Part shown: positions 21,447-32,523 of the stretch, piece by piece | Layout of the letters: each line of letters opens with the position of its first letter | Position numbering within the stretch: position 1 is the stretch's first letter | From: Dicyema japonicum | Taxonomy: Eukaryota > Animalia > Dicyemida | Reading direction: 5' to 3' | DNA length: 33,000 nucleotides | NCBI GenBank assembly: GCA_011109175.1 | Contig: RDEW01000042.1 | Coordinates: forward strand, 473,168 to 506,167 | Notes under the pieces: generated by a model | What the model was told of the DNA's origin: nothing | Seen by the model: only the letters and a program-made list of their open reading frames with translations | Database searches by the model: none | Translations under genes and position numbers: made by a program

Positions 21447-22437
21447 CTATCCTTTGATAACTTCAATTAGACGAAATTTGATGCACTTTTTACTAACACA
21501 CATGTGTCCACTATTTCGGAAACTTCTTCATATGACTGGGTAGCCTCTTCCATTATCAACTTGGGGGAGGCCACTCTGATAGAGATTTCCTTTCAGTCTT
21601 ATTACTTCCAGCACCGTGACACGTGGCTTTAAATAACTCAGAAAAGCCCACGTCTGTCTTAGTCTGCACATAAGTACACGTGCCCATCGTCCTAGGCTGG
21701 TCAGTCAACTACTAATATAAACTCTAGCAAACTTGGTAATCAATAGGGGTCAAAGGTTATAAGGCGGAAATGGTCGGGATGATCCCATCCGTCTCCCATC
21801 AACCTCATGTCCTCCACTTTAGCGATGTTAACGAGACGTCATATATCACATGCATGTCTAACTCTTCCGGGAAGTCTCAAACCGTTTGTAGAAGGCCTTC
21901 AAATTAGTGTGGACAATACCTGCCGCGTAAGAAACGTAATCGAGAATCGGTTCACTAAGGAATAGTTGACCGCTGCAGCCATCGCTTTTAAATAGTTCTG
22001 GCCTTTTGCTGAACTGATTCTTGCGCAGGCCAGTTAAAGTCATTCATATCAATCTGGTCTCTTCTTATAGACTTGTCCATTACAACCAGAGAATCTTGGT
22101 TGAATCAAAAGAATTAACCAGTAGCATCTTGGTGACTCAGTTTTCGACTTCCACTGTGGATCACCACAAAGACTTGGCTTACTTTGTCGATCCCCATCTT
22201 GGAGGAGGCAAATTGTCGTAAATTGAATCTCTACATAGTGATTTTTCGCACCCTATTTACATAGCTGAAGAAAATCTTTTTTCTTGGACTTGAAATTGAC
22301 TTTGGAAGGGTCCGCCTGTAACATGCGACGTACTCTCCACAATACTCCTTACCCTCAGCCGACGAGTATCCCTGGGGGTCTATAGAACATCAACCTTGTC
22401 CATTCCACGCCCATCAACAGGGACTCTTCAGATCCCT
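21447..22437 (-). pseudogene. RTCB: RTCB tRNA-splicing ligase, 3' two-thirds, intron-retaining pseudogene
   Basis: RMLQADPSKV, GAKNHYVEIQ, SKMGIDKVSQVFVVIHSGSRKLSHQDAT|[79 protein letters not shown](TAG). Introns of 23, 24, 23 and 21 nt (22372-22394, 22095-22118, 21897-21919, 21712-21732). Many frameshifts and deletions. Confidence 0.95.
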
Positions 22438-22599
22438 GAATTACAAGGTTAACTCGCCAGGGCAACCACTGTTCGACCATTTGTTTATTTTAATTTGTCA
22501 TTAATAATAATATGTTGGCTTAATTTTTTATTTACTGAATAAAGAAAAAATAGAAAAATTATCCAAGAAATTAAAATTATTTATTAGTCTACTAATTGT

Positions 22600-23400
22600 A
22601 GACAATACGTTACGGATACGTGTAATCTTCATTTGAAATTATTTGTTAATAACAAGTGTTTTAAGCGTTTATTAAAAACATGCTTAAACTTTTGGAGGGA
22701 CTCTTTAGATGCTAAATATTTCAACTTTCCTTCTTTTTTCGAACTGATAGTGACAAAATTTTCGCAAGAAACGTTGTTAGATGAGAACATGCTAATGGCA
22801 TCTCAGGTTGATTATCTATTCAGTTCAAGGATGTTATGATTCCTTACTTGGTTGATCCATTACGGAGTTCGAATTCTTGGTTAAATAACATTCATCCAAA
22901 AATAGAGTTTATAAAACAACAAATATTTGAATTTTTTACAAAAAAAACGATTTTGCAAAACGTCGGCAGTGTTGGAGGCTAATAAAATTAGAACAATTTT
23001 ATATCAATATACAACGGGAAATAAAAATCTATGGTTTCTAATAATTTTTGATTTCAGGTCTCCACCGGAAGATTGAACTGGGGGACAAACTATTGACTAT
23101 AATGAGATCTTTAGAACAAGCATGTCAGACAGGCGAACCTCTGTAAGCAGGCGTGCGCCCAGCACAAGGGATTGTTACACATTCGACGACAGTGGGGTGG
23201 ACATGTCATTAAAATGCGACCACCAGAGAAAAGTAGCGGATTTCTGTCAATGGCTTGTTTGAAAGACCGTCGTTAAGCGCGTTCACGTGGACAGAAGACG
23301 TTCATACACTCAAACTATACGTTCTCCCTATATACGAACGTTCCCAGGACAACGACAGTATTTTACAAGGTGCGTGCTTCCACTGTTTGTCGGACACTGG
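22600..23400 (+). pseudogene. Unidentified multi-exon gene or relic
   Basis: QFYINIQREIKIY|GLHRKIELGDKLLTIMRSLEQACQTGEPL|TRDCYTFDDSGVDMSLKCDHQRKVADFCQWLV*, with putative 24-nt and 20-nt GT-AG introns that preserve the frame. Further putative exons lie upstream. Confidence 0.4.
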
Positions 23401-23404
23401 TTAC

Positions 23405-23600
23405 TTGCTCCATATTATTATTATTATTAATGGCAATGTCCGTGGAACCAGAAAAGTTAACTAATTTGAGATTCCACTTTTTCCATACATCTCTGGACAT
23501 GCGCTATGAGTCGTTTCCATCCTCCCATGTTTCTCGCATCCGCCCTCAGATCAACCAGATCCTCAATGTTTTCAATTTTCTTCCTACTTGGTCCATAACA
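23405..23600 (-). mobile_element. RTE-like LINE 3' end with (TAA)n tail
   Basis: IEDLVDLRADARNMGGWKRLIAHVQ (L..A.DR..WR-like), ending in TAATAATAATAATAAT. Confidence 0.55.
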
Positions 23601-23679
23601 TGATATAAATTGTTTCATTTATTGGCATAATTTTAACAAATTTAAAAAATAATAATAAATTGTATCTTATGGAATTGTA

Positions 23680-24500
23680 GTGATCAAGAAGTATCGATTT
23701 GAAAGTCCAACCTGGTATGAAGGATTAAATGTCGATCATTAATTTTTATACTTCCAAGACAGGTCTTGCAAACCACGTGACTGATTTATTTATCTCTTAG
23801 CTTCTGGAACTTACTATAAACATGAAAAACCTGATGTTGCATTAGAATTGGTAGAATCGGGGAATTGTATGTCTTTGGAGTTGATCCACCTCGAAGATTC
23901 TTTAATTCTGGTATATATTGATTTGAACTAGAATTTAACAAAATCCAAGGGAAGTATCCTCGAGGATTTGGAACTACTGAAACCTTGAATAAAATAAAGA
24001 AAAGTAGTCAAATTATTAGCAACTTCATCAAGTCCACTCAAAGAAGAGGTCGATTTTCACAGAATTTCTTGAATTTGATGTTTCAGTTTATTAACTACTG
24101 CACGAACTTTATAAACATGAATAATAAATATTATTCACGATTATTCGAATTCCTCTCAATATTTCAGAAATCTCTCTCACCGTGTTCTGTACTGTTGCAT
24201 TAACAATTTTTAGAGAGACTACAAAGACTGGTAGATATAATCAGCTTTTAAGCCATATCAAGAATTATTGTGGGAGACATTAAAGATGTCTGCACTATAT
24301 CTACTATAATAACAGTATGACATTCGGATTATATTAAGGGCACTCAATTCATCCACAATTATTCGGAAACTCAGTAAAACGAATGTTTTAAGTGTTTATT
24401 AAGTAATGGGAGATATTCAATCAGATTGTGGATATTTTTAAGACTCTGAAGACTAAAGTTCAAGTTGGATTGTGAAGTATAGAGTGCGACTGGATTAGAA
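23680..24500 (+). pseudogene. Unidentified multi-exon gene relic
   Basis: Several 20-30-nt GT-AG AT-rich segments (e.g. gtgactgatttatttatctcttag, gtatatattgatttgaactag, gtatgacattcggattatattaag) separate protein-like frames (ASGTYYKHEKPDVALELVESGN; WEIFNQIVDIFKTLKTK). Stops and frameshifts are present. Confidence 0.35.
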
Positions 24501-24761
24501 TTTTGAAGGTATTCTGAAATAGGCAAAAAAGGATAATTTACGTGAATATTACGCCTGCTTGAAATTGGAGAATGAAGGACTGTGGAAACGCCACAATATG
24601 AAAATGAGTTCCTCAACCTCATGAAAATCTCATCCTTCCAAAAATGCATATTAATATAGCACTCAGACATGACCTCTCAAACTGCCTTCAGTGGATTTGT
24701 CCTTCTTCCATCGGTTTACTTACAACATATTTCAGGGATCCCTGGATATCGTCCGACATTA

Positions 24762-25115
24762 TGAATGGACCACGTGACAGCACGTGAGGACAATAGTGGC
24801 AAACAAGTCAATGATTTTCGGAATCTCTCAGAGCACAGTATTTGAAACTAGTGATGTAGAGGTCATGACTAGATTGGTTTCCCCGGATAACAGGTTTGGG
24901 TGGTAATGGATGATGCCCGAAACTTGACTGGACCACGTGACACAACGTGTGCACGTTACTAGATATTGACACAACGATTTTCGGGAGTCTACAGGTCTTA
25001 GTTTTTGTAAGAAGTAAGATAGAGGTCATGACGAGACTGGTCACTAACGGATAACAGTTTTGAAAGGTAATGGCTGATGGCCCAAAGATTGAATGGATCA
25101 CGTGTGCACAATGTA
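24762..25115. repeat. About 164-bp tandem repeat, 2 full units plus start of a third
   Basis: Unit starts tga(a/c)tgga(c/t)cacgtg at 24762, 24925 and 25090. Shared blocks gattttcgg, tagaggtcatgac, cggataacag and ggtaatgg.tgatg. Confidence 0.85.
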
Positions 25116-26769
25116 TCTTTGCTTACTGTTTGTCCGAGTAGGTCATCAATAATTATGTTATTCTTTTATTTTTTTATTAAAAAGACTGATGATTTAACAT
25201 TTTAGTTCTACTTTTATATTAACTATGTCATTTTCCACTTCTATTTTTACGTGATTTTTTTCAAGTTGTTTGATTTTAGTCGAAGTATCGTTAGGAGCTA
25301 TACGTGACTCTTTTTCCTTATTCTGTATTTTGAATTGTTAATTCTGAAATCCCTTTGTTCCGAAAATAACGGCGATATTCATTCATTACTATTTCCAACA
25401 GATAATGTGTTATTGTTAGAATCTATGATTTGTTGGTACATCCCGTAAGGATAGTTGTTTAAAGTTATTATTTTGTTGTGGTTGGTTGTTTGTTTTTTGG
25501 AGTCTCATATTTCTCTTTAGTATTGTTTTTTTAATTTCAGCGTTTCGATCACTAAATCTTGTCCTACATTTATTCTACCCTTGGCTTCCTACTGTCGTTT
25601 CGTCGTTTCGAACATACCATGGGGTTTTCCCTCACTCTGCTTGTTTTCTTGACTATAATTTAAAACTCAGACCTTACATCCACCTACTAGTGGAGTTAGC
25701 CAGATTGGAGGGTTGCAGTTAAGCAATTTATATCATTCAAAATGTTAAACGACAATGTTCGATCTTCTGATATTCCAAAACACCCTCATTGTTAAGTTTG
25801 AAGAAATGGATTTGGAGCACAAGACATTTGTAAAAAATGCTCAAAAATTCCAAACTGTTCACAAAAGAAAGATCATAAACAAGTAATTGTTAAGATGCAA
25901 TTTGAATGTCTGAAAATTCACTTACAAAACTATTATGGAATCGTAAGTTAAGAGAATACTTCGGTACATACTCTATTTTTAAATATTTCAAATTCTACTA
26001 ATGACAACTTTATTTTTGTTAATATAAAAATTACTAACGTAATATGCATATTCTCATAATTGATTTGCTTATTGTTATATTGTTAAGAATAAATGTCCTA
26101 TTTTGCTGCATGTGTCAGAGCTTGAGCCATACTTTCAACAACTTTCGCTGTCATCAGTTTCATAGACTTTTGTTTCTTCGGGACTGCTTATTACAAAGTC
26201 TGATCTATAAAGAAAATTTTTCCCTCTTTTTGTCCGACTTACTCGATGTATTAATAAACATGTTTGTACCAGTTTATTTTATCTTGATTGAACGTGGAAA
26301 CAAGAAAATCATATCTGAGACATCTCTCATATAGATTACTAAGGTCATGTTCATAACCAACGTTGTTGTACATTCCGCAATTTTAAATTAATTTACTTTT
26401 AATATATTTAATTTTTTTAAACTTTGAGTTTTGTGGTTACTTTATGTCTGATTGTTTGCAAACAAATCCTAAGGGGCGTCTCATTAACGATCCCCTCGTG
26501 TAATCTGGGGATAGACAGTAGTTGATGTTTTTCTTTTGCCGCATGTGTTCTTGGGGGCCATAGCGCTAGATCAACCTGACAATCAAGTTCAATCTGCAGA
26601 TTGCCCCGATAAGCATGTGATTTCGGATATACCTATCCCTTTCCAGACTCAGTCCATGTCGGATACCGGAATCAGGTCTGAGGAACGATTGGCTTAAAAC
26701 TTTTTGTAAAATGAGGGCCGTCTTCCGACTTCTTACCTCTAATAGAACAGTATGAAGTTAACTAAGATG

Positions 26770-26900
26770 TCTTATTTATTTATAACCCCGGATACACAAG
26801 AAGAAGTTAAAGTAAACAACTAATTAAGTGTATCCAGTCTCCACTTTACAAAAACAGAGTCCATCCGGAATCAACATAAAGAATAAAGACGTCCATAGTT
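26770..26900 (-). mobile_element. LINE 3' end, related to the GGATCACTTAATTAGTT family
   Basis: ctggatacacttaattagttg..ggttataaataaataag. Confidence 0.45.
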
Positions 26901-27050
26901 GCAGTTGTGGAAACCCCTCCAGTGGAGTGGGGGAGAAACTTAAATGTCTTCAATCACCTTGAGGATGTTAGTAGAAACAACCAAACAAATATTAAAACGA
27001 GAATAACTGATTATTTTAAAGTAAATTCATGTTTTTATTTTTTAATTAGT

Positions 27051-27082
27051 CTGCTGGTTATTTGAGCGAACCTCGCTCGTCA
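27051..27082. repeat. Hairpin-containing dispersed repeat, copy A
   Basis: ctgctggttatttGAGCGAaccTCGCTCgtca; second copy at 32968-33000. Confidence 0.7.
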
Positions 27083-27083
27083 T

Positions 27084-28130
27084 TCAAATAGGGAATAACC
27101 ACGCAGTCAAGGCAGCCTCTATATGACCATTTGGGCAGGGCTTCGGCTCATATCTCCTGTTAGTCTGGAGATATGAGATGAGTAGCTCATGCAGAAAATG
27201 ATCTGGCATCCTTGCTTCTATGATGAGAATTCTTTGTTTTGGATGAAAAGATCTTCTGTATATATAGGGAGATGTTGGGCCGATAATAGTCTTTGCGGCC
27301 TTTTGAATATTTGATGGTCGATGATCTTGAAACAAAGACCAAGCCTCACTTGCATAGAGCAATGTCGGCTGGACAAACTGTTTGTAGATCATCTGAAGGC
27401 ATCCAGCGTCACTTCTGAGAACCTTGGTAACGACTTTTAATATCATCATCTCTTCAGTGCGTCGTTACCGGTTATCCAAATGCTTTGCGAAGGAGAGTCC
27501 CTGTCGAGTGTCACTCCAAGTATATTTGGTGTGGAATTGATAAGAATTACTGTGTTATTGAGAGAAATGTTAGGTTTCAATGAATACTGCCTCTTGCACG
27601 TTGTAAATAGGGTAGTATAGGATTTTGTATGGGAAGCTTCAAGACAGAGTTTCTTGAGCCGAGAAGTTAAATTGTTAAGCGTGCTCTGGGCCATCGTGGT
27701 AGCAGTTTGTTACTTTTTGTCCTTTGCAGCGATATTGATATCGTTTGCGTATGATAGTACAAGACAATTTTCGTAGTGCGGTTTCGGAATGTCATTGATG
27801 TACAAGTTAAAAAGGACTGGCGATAATGGAGATCCTTGAGGGACTCCATTTTGATTTTATGTTATTGCAAATCACTTGTCCACGTCTCCACTTAAGAAGT
27901 TGGCAATCTACAGTTTTATTTGGGTGGATGCATGTATCGTAATTTTCACAGTAAGGAGTTTTCTTAAGACTGTGTCGAAAGCCTTTGTTATATCAACAGA
28001 AACCAAGACTGTTTGTTGTTGCGGTTTAAAGGAATTGAATCCCTCCTCAATGAACTGGCACAGGGACGTTATGTTGCTGTGGAGTGTTTAGCCCGGAATC
28101 CATGTTAGAAAGGAGAGAGCAGGATGTAGT
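27084..28130 (-). mobile_element. Jockey/I-like LINE reverse transcriptase relic (longest TE piece in the window)
   Basis: HGFRAKHSTAT, TVLVSVDITKAFDTV, GVPQGSPLSPVLFNLYINDIP, VLSYANDINIAA, PNILGVTLD, IYKQFVQPTLLYASEAWS. Many frameshifts. Confidence 0.9.
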
Positions 28131-28209
28131 CCCTTCTTTGCTAAAAAATAACATTTAAATTAATCTTTAAAATTAAAAAAAGCATATATTAATTTATAAA
28201 AAATTCAAA

Positions 28210-28276
28210 TTTGCCAATCGAATCCGCCGTAATTTCCCAGGTCCCAAATTTGGCGGATACGAGAAGTTTTACTGTA
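28210..28276 (-). mobile_element. Tc1/mariner (pogo/Tigger-like) terminal repeat relic
   Basis: Reverse complement reads TA|CAGTAAAACTTCTCGTATCCGCC..., a CAGT terminus with a TA target site. No partner end found. Confidence 0.5.
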
Positions 28277-28324
28277 CGTTGGAATTGTTTTGTATAAATG
28301 TAGTTAATTTTTTTTACATTCATG

Positions 28325-28445
28325 TGTTAGTGGAAGACCAAGATTAACTTTTCCAGATGTATGACCTTAACTCTGAAGGAGTTGAAACCACGGAAAACTT
28401 TATGAGATCGTTGGCTGACGATCGAAAAGTATGGAAGAGACTACC
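28325..28445 (+). mobile_element. RTE-like ORF2 C-terminus relic
   Basis: GRPRLTFPDV(fs)DLNSEG..RSLADDRKVWKRL, corresponding to GRP..TW.D..DL..A.DR..W. Confidence 0.55.
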
Positions 28446-28599
28446 ATTTAATATTCTATTTTGGATTGCACATACTTCACGTGAATTGTGGGATTAGTGA
28501 ATATAAAAATAAAACACAATTGTTAAACAATCATAAAGCAATCCTTCACAAACCATTTTGAAAATGTGTAATAATTAGATTTATTGTCACTTTTTTGAG

Positions 28600-28995
28600 T
28601 TGAATCTAGTGGTCGATAAACATGTATGGAAATGCAAAAAGTGTAAGAAAAGGACGAGCATCAGAAATCTCTCATGATTTCAAGGTAGTGCAACTTTGAT
28701 GATTTTTAGGTAGCCATCTAAGTCTTAGAACAATTTTGGAGCTAATGTGTATGTGGGCGAAAGAACATCTCGTTTGCGAAGTAGCTTTCGAACTTGAAAT
28801 ATCCAAGACAACTGTTGTGGACTGGAATACCTTTTGTCGAGAAACATGCGAGACATGGTTCGAGACAGTCCCACAGTTGCTTCGTGGACTTGACAAAAAT
28901 AATCGTTTAAATTTATTTTGTTAATTAATAGAACCAAAAGTCGTGGAAATCGACGAGTCTAAATTCTTCCACCGCAAATACCATCGCGGTCAATG
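28600..28995 (+). mobile_element. Merlin (IS1016/ISXO2-like) DDE transposase relic
   Basis: VWKCKKCKKRTSIR..FLGSHLSLRTILELMCMWA..ELEISKTTVVDWNTFCRETC..GLD..PKVVEIDESKFFHRKYHRGQ. Confidence 0.85.
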
Positions 28996-29779
28996 TTGTC
29001 AAGATATCACTGACATACAAAATTTAGGATTTAGAGTTGAAATGAGTCATTATTGACTTGAGAAAGTTGATTATTTGTTCCCACATATTTATAGTCTAGA
29101 CATTTCGTCCTCTCTCTTTTAATAGTATTGCTTAAAAAAGGGGCGGGGAATTTTAGTCGTAGTAGATGCAGCATTTTTCTGGGAACTTCAATAACACAAG
29201 TTAGCATAGCAGGTTTGAAAAGTTTCTCCCATAACCTGAGTTTTTTATTCTCAAAAAATTCCAATTTTTAGCAACAGACGAGTGTGAAAGGTAAAATTAC
29301 CTAATTTCTAATTTTGAGAACTAAAATAAATACTGGTTTACTACTTTTCTGACTGTTTGCAAATCATCCATATTATAAAGGAAACTTTTAAAAATTTGTG
29401 CTTGATTCCCAGAATATCATCAGTCCATGATATAAGTAAATTATTTATCATTACTAATAAAAACATCTTAACAATTTGTTATGCATCCCGATTGCTTTTT
29501 ATTGACAATGAAACTCAACGCACTCCACGTAAAATATATTTTATATGGCAAAGTTAGCTTTTGTTACAATTCAACATACTTTAAGCTTGTTTCCATCATT
29601 CTGCATAAAGTAAGGTCCACTGATGACACAAGTTGACCATCCTCATCAGTAGTCACGCTCTACACTAATAATAAATGTTGTACGATCTTCAATTTGATAA
29701 ACCAACCTTCATTCTCTGATTTCTTGTCATATTCTTCATAGCCATATCTTCTATCCAACTGTCAATCTTTGTTCCCCAC

Positions 29780-30293
29780 AATTATTATTAGCACTTTCAC
29801 GAGAGCCATAAAGTAGTCCGCATGTGCAGCAAAAAATATGAGAAATAGTTAGGTTGCTCCAAGCTCTTCTGTTCTATGTTAGATCCTCAGTGAGTCCAGA
29901 TCGTCACCAGATGCCAATGTTTTCTTCACGGCTTTAAGATCGTTTTGTAGAACGACCCTCAAGGTAGTTCTCGATCTTCCACGAAAGCGTTTTACATTGG
30001 AGGAGTAGTAATCTTCCATTGCGATATTCGGAGGGGATATCGGGTCAAACCTCAGGAAGTGTCCAAGAAGTCTCCAACGAGAGCTAGTGATCTCGTGGCT
30101 TAATGGTGTACAGTCCATTCCGCGAGATCTTGAATGGCCAGGACATTCCAGTTATGTTTCTTAGATGATTCATGTGAAATGAGTATAGCCTCTCCAATTC
30201 CTCTTTAGAGGTGGCCCAGGCCCCAGAGTTGTATAGTAGGATTGGTTTGATGAAGTATTGTATAACATAATCCTTCGTATAACATGTTCCCAC
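29780..30293 (-). mobile_element. RTE-like LINE 3' portion with (TAA)n tail
   Basis: FIKPILLYNSGAW..LYSFHMNHLRNITGMSWPFKISR..RWRLLGHFLR..RFRGRSRTTLRVVLQNDLK, then a 3' UTR ending GTGCTAATAATAAT. Confidence 0.85.
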
Positions 30294-31329
30294 AATTTGA
30301 TTTATTTAAATATATATTTTAAATATTAATTTAATAATATTAATAATATTATTTATCTATTCGCTACTTAGGATATTTTGGAAACTTAATTTTTAAGTCT
30401 TTCTTTCCGGGTTTTCAGGTTTCTACAGAGATTGCTCGAGAAAGTAAAGTGGATCGGTCCTAAACATGGACACCCAGATCAAGTTCCTTTGTAGGCATTT
30501 ACGGAGTATTTATCGTTTAACATTTTAATAAACGAAAATATCAGCCGTCTGTTTTGTAGGAAATTCTTACACAACAAATTTCACCTTTAATAATTGGCAG
30601 CACAGAAAAGGAAAGCGACATAATTTCATTCTCTTTATATAAAACTATAATCATAAATATATAACTAGAAATTAGCTCATCCTTAAGAGGAGTGCTAGAT
30701 TCAAAGGGAAAAATAGTGAATTCTTGAATCCCTCGCTTGTATAATTATAACTCCTCCAATTTGTGAGTTCTCGTTACCATTGATGTCTCATCACCACTAT
30801 CCACCAACTTCTAAACTACTAATTTAGTGCAACCTTGGACAATTTCCTTGAATTGATTAATTTGAGAAAGAATACACAATAGAGGTTCAATAAAACCTGA
30901 GGTTGTTTTTCACAGATTCTACGGTAACTTCAAGAATTCCATAAATAAAGAAGACAATATGAGAGATCGAGCTCTGTATGCATATTCTGTACTTGTTTCA
31001 TCAAACTGCTAATTTTGTTGTGTAAATTAATAATTTCTATCAATTCAGAACAATTTGGTCTCCCTGATATTAAATTATCTTTAAAACAAGTCTACAATGC
31101 TGTTGACAAGTGGTTATCAACATTTCTAATTTGCAAGCCAAATCAATAATTAACAAACTGTTCAAGAGCCGCAAAAATTTTGGCCTTTGTATTACCCTCA
31201 CTGTTCCCTCAAATACCACGTGAGAAAGCGAATCATACAAGACAGCCGTTTCTCCTGGTCCCTCTTCGACGTCATCTACGAGTTCAGAACCTCTTAATAA
31301 GATGTTTCTGCTCGATTGTTATCACCACA

Positions 31330-31545
31330 GTTGTCAACTTTAACCCATTTCTATGCTCGATTGTCATGCTCTCTAAAGATTTGAATCTCATTGATTGGAT
31401 GTACCTTCTTGTAGAGACATCCACGTTGAGTCTTTCATATAGTACTTGTAGTACTTGTTACTACTCCATCCCATGTCAAAACAATCGGAATTATTGTTAC
31501 CTTGTCCTTGTGAATTTGTGCTAGTTCATCACAAAGAATATTAAT
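31330..31545 (-). mobile_element. R4/NeSL-like non-LTR retrotransposon REL C-terminus relic
   Basis: LCDELAQIHKDKVTIIPIVLTWDGVVT(fs)KYYKYYMK(fs)RLNVDVSTRRYIQSMRFKSLESMTIEHRNG. Confidence 0.7.
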
Positions 31546-31638
31546 GATATTAATAATTAATTAATATATGATCAAAAAATCTTTAGTATAAAAACATAGT
31601 TAAAATATGTAATATTTTTATAATTTTATACTAAGTAG

Positions 31639-31683
31639 CAGCGCGCCGCATGCAGCCCGATGTTCCGCGGTTGAGAACCACTG
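31639..31683. mobile_element. hAT (Charlie-like) terminal relic
   Basis: Ends GGTTGAGAACCACTG, the reverse complement of a CAGTGGTTCTCAACC-type TIR. The other end is missing. Confidence 0.5.
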
Positions 31684-32523
31684 CTGTTGATGTTACCAAT
31701 TGAAGACATATTTGGTCAATTTTATTTAATTTTAAATATTATTTACAATGAAAAATAGATAATTCGAATGACCTCTTTTCGATAATCTTCGGAAATCATC
31801 GTTAATCAAATTTCGAATCTTGGCTGACTTTCATGTTGAAACTTATCCATAGAAGTTCACCGTCTAATTCTTACGACTGATCCAAAATTACTACATTAGT
31901 ATATCCTAAATTGGCGAATTTGAAAATACGTCAATGTTTTTAAAAATTGTATTTCAATACAATATTACTATTTATAAAAACATGAGACAGATTCCATTTT
32001 ATATTTTTATGGGTTCAACCTATCCGCAAAATTCAAAGTCATGTGAGCGTATTGTTTATAATAAAAAAGATAATGATGAAGACAACCTTAGTATAGCAAG
32101 CGAAAAAGCATATAAGAATCTACAGATTCGTGTAATTTTTTAGTCTAAGTAAATTCTTTCAAAAACCTATAAAAATGCTTTCTGGTTTTTTCATCATCTG
32201 TCTATGAATTTTTCTCGAAATGCCTTCTAAGATCTCTTACTCGCCCAAAAAATACTTAAACCTGTTTGCATTGTTTACTTTTTTGTTTTTTATCTTTCTA
32301 GCGTAAACGTCCCTTATAATTTAATCCGAAAACCATAATTTAGTGAGTTGAATGTTTCTTGTATATTTTCGCCTGCGGGGATCACACAGCAAATCATTAA
32401 TTTTAGTGAATTCCTGCCAATCTTCGGACGTCGAATGACTCCAGTGTGAAGAGATCATTCGTCATGTGTGAAATAGAGATAATAATTCAAGAAACACGTC
32501 ACCAAGTTCAACCAATTTAAGGT

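Noticed and set aside
21447-21449. Ciliate-type code (TAA/TAG = Gln), suggested by the tiny introns
   Set aside because: RTCB ends IKG-TAG and calcineurin B ends in TAA at the expected C-termini, and long frames lack in-frame TAR codons.
23370-23603. ORF with an apparent signal peptide (ILLLLLMAMS)
   Set aside because: The Leu run is the antisense of the RTE (TAA)n tail.
24808-25101. 97-aa minus-strand ORF
   Set aside because: It lies within the 164-bp repeat, and the frame is not maintained between units.
29560-29790. Rab/Ras-like fragment (IIIVGNK.D..DRR..YEE, METS) on the minus strand
   Set aside because: The IIIV part comes from the RTE (TAA)n tail, several frameshifts are needed, and no G1-G3 boxes are present.
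31180-31524. 114-aa plus-strand ORF
   Set aside because: It is the antisense of the REL retroelement relic.
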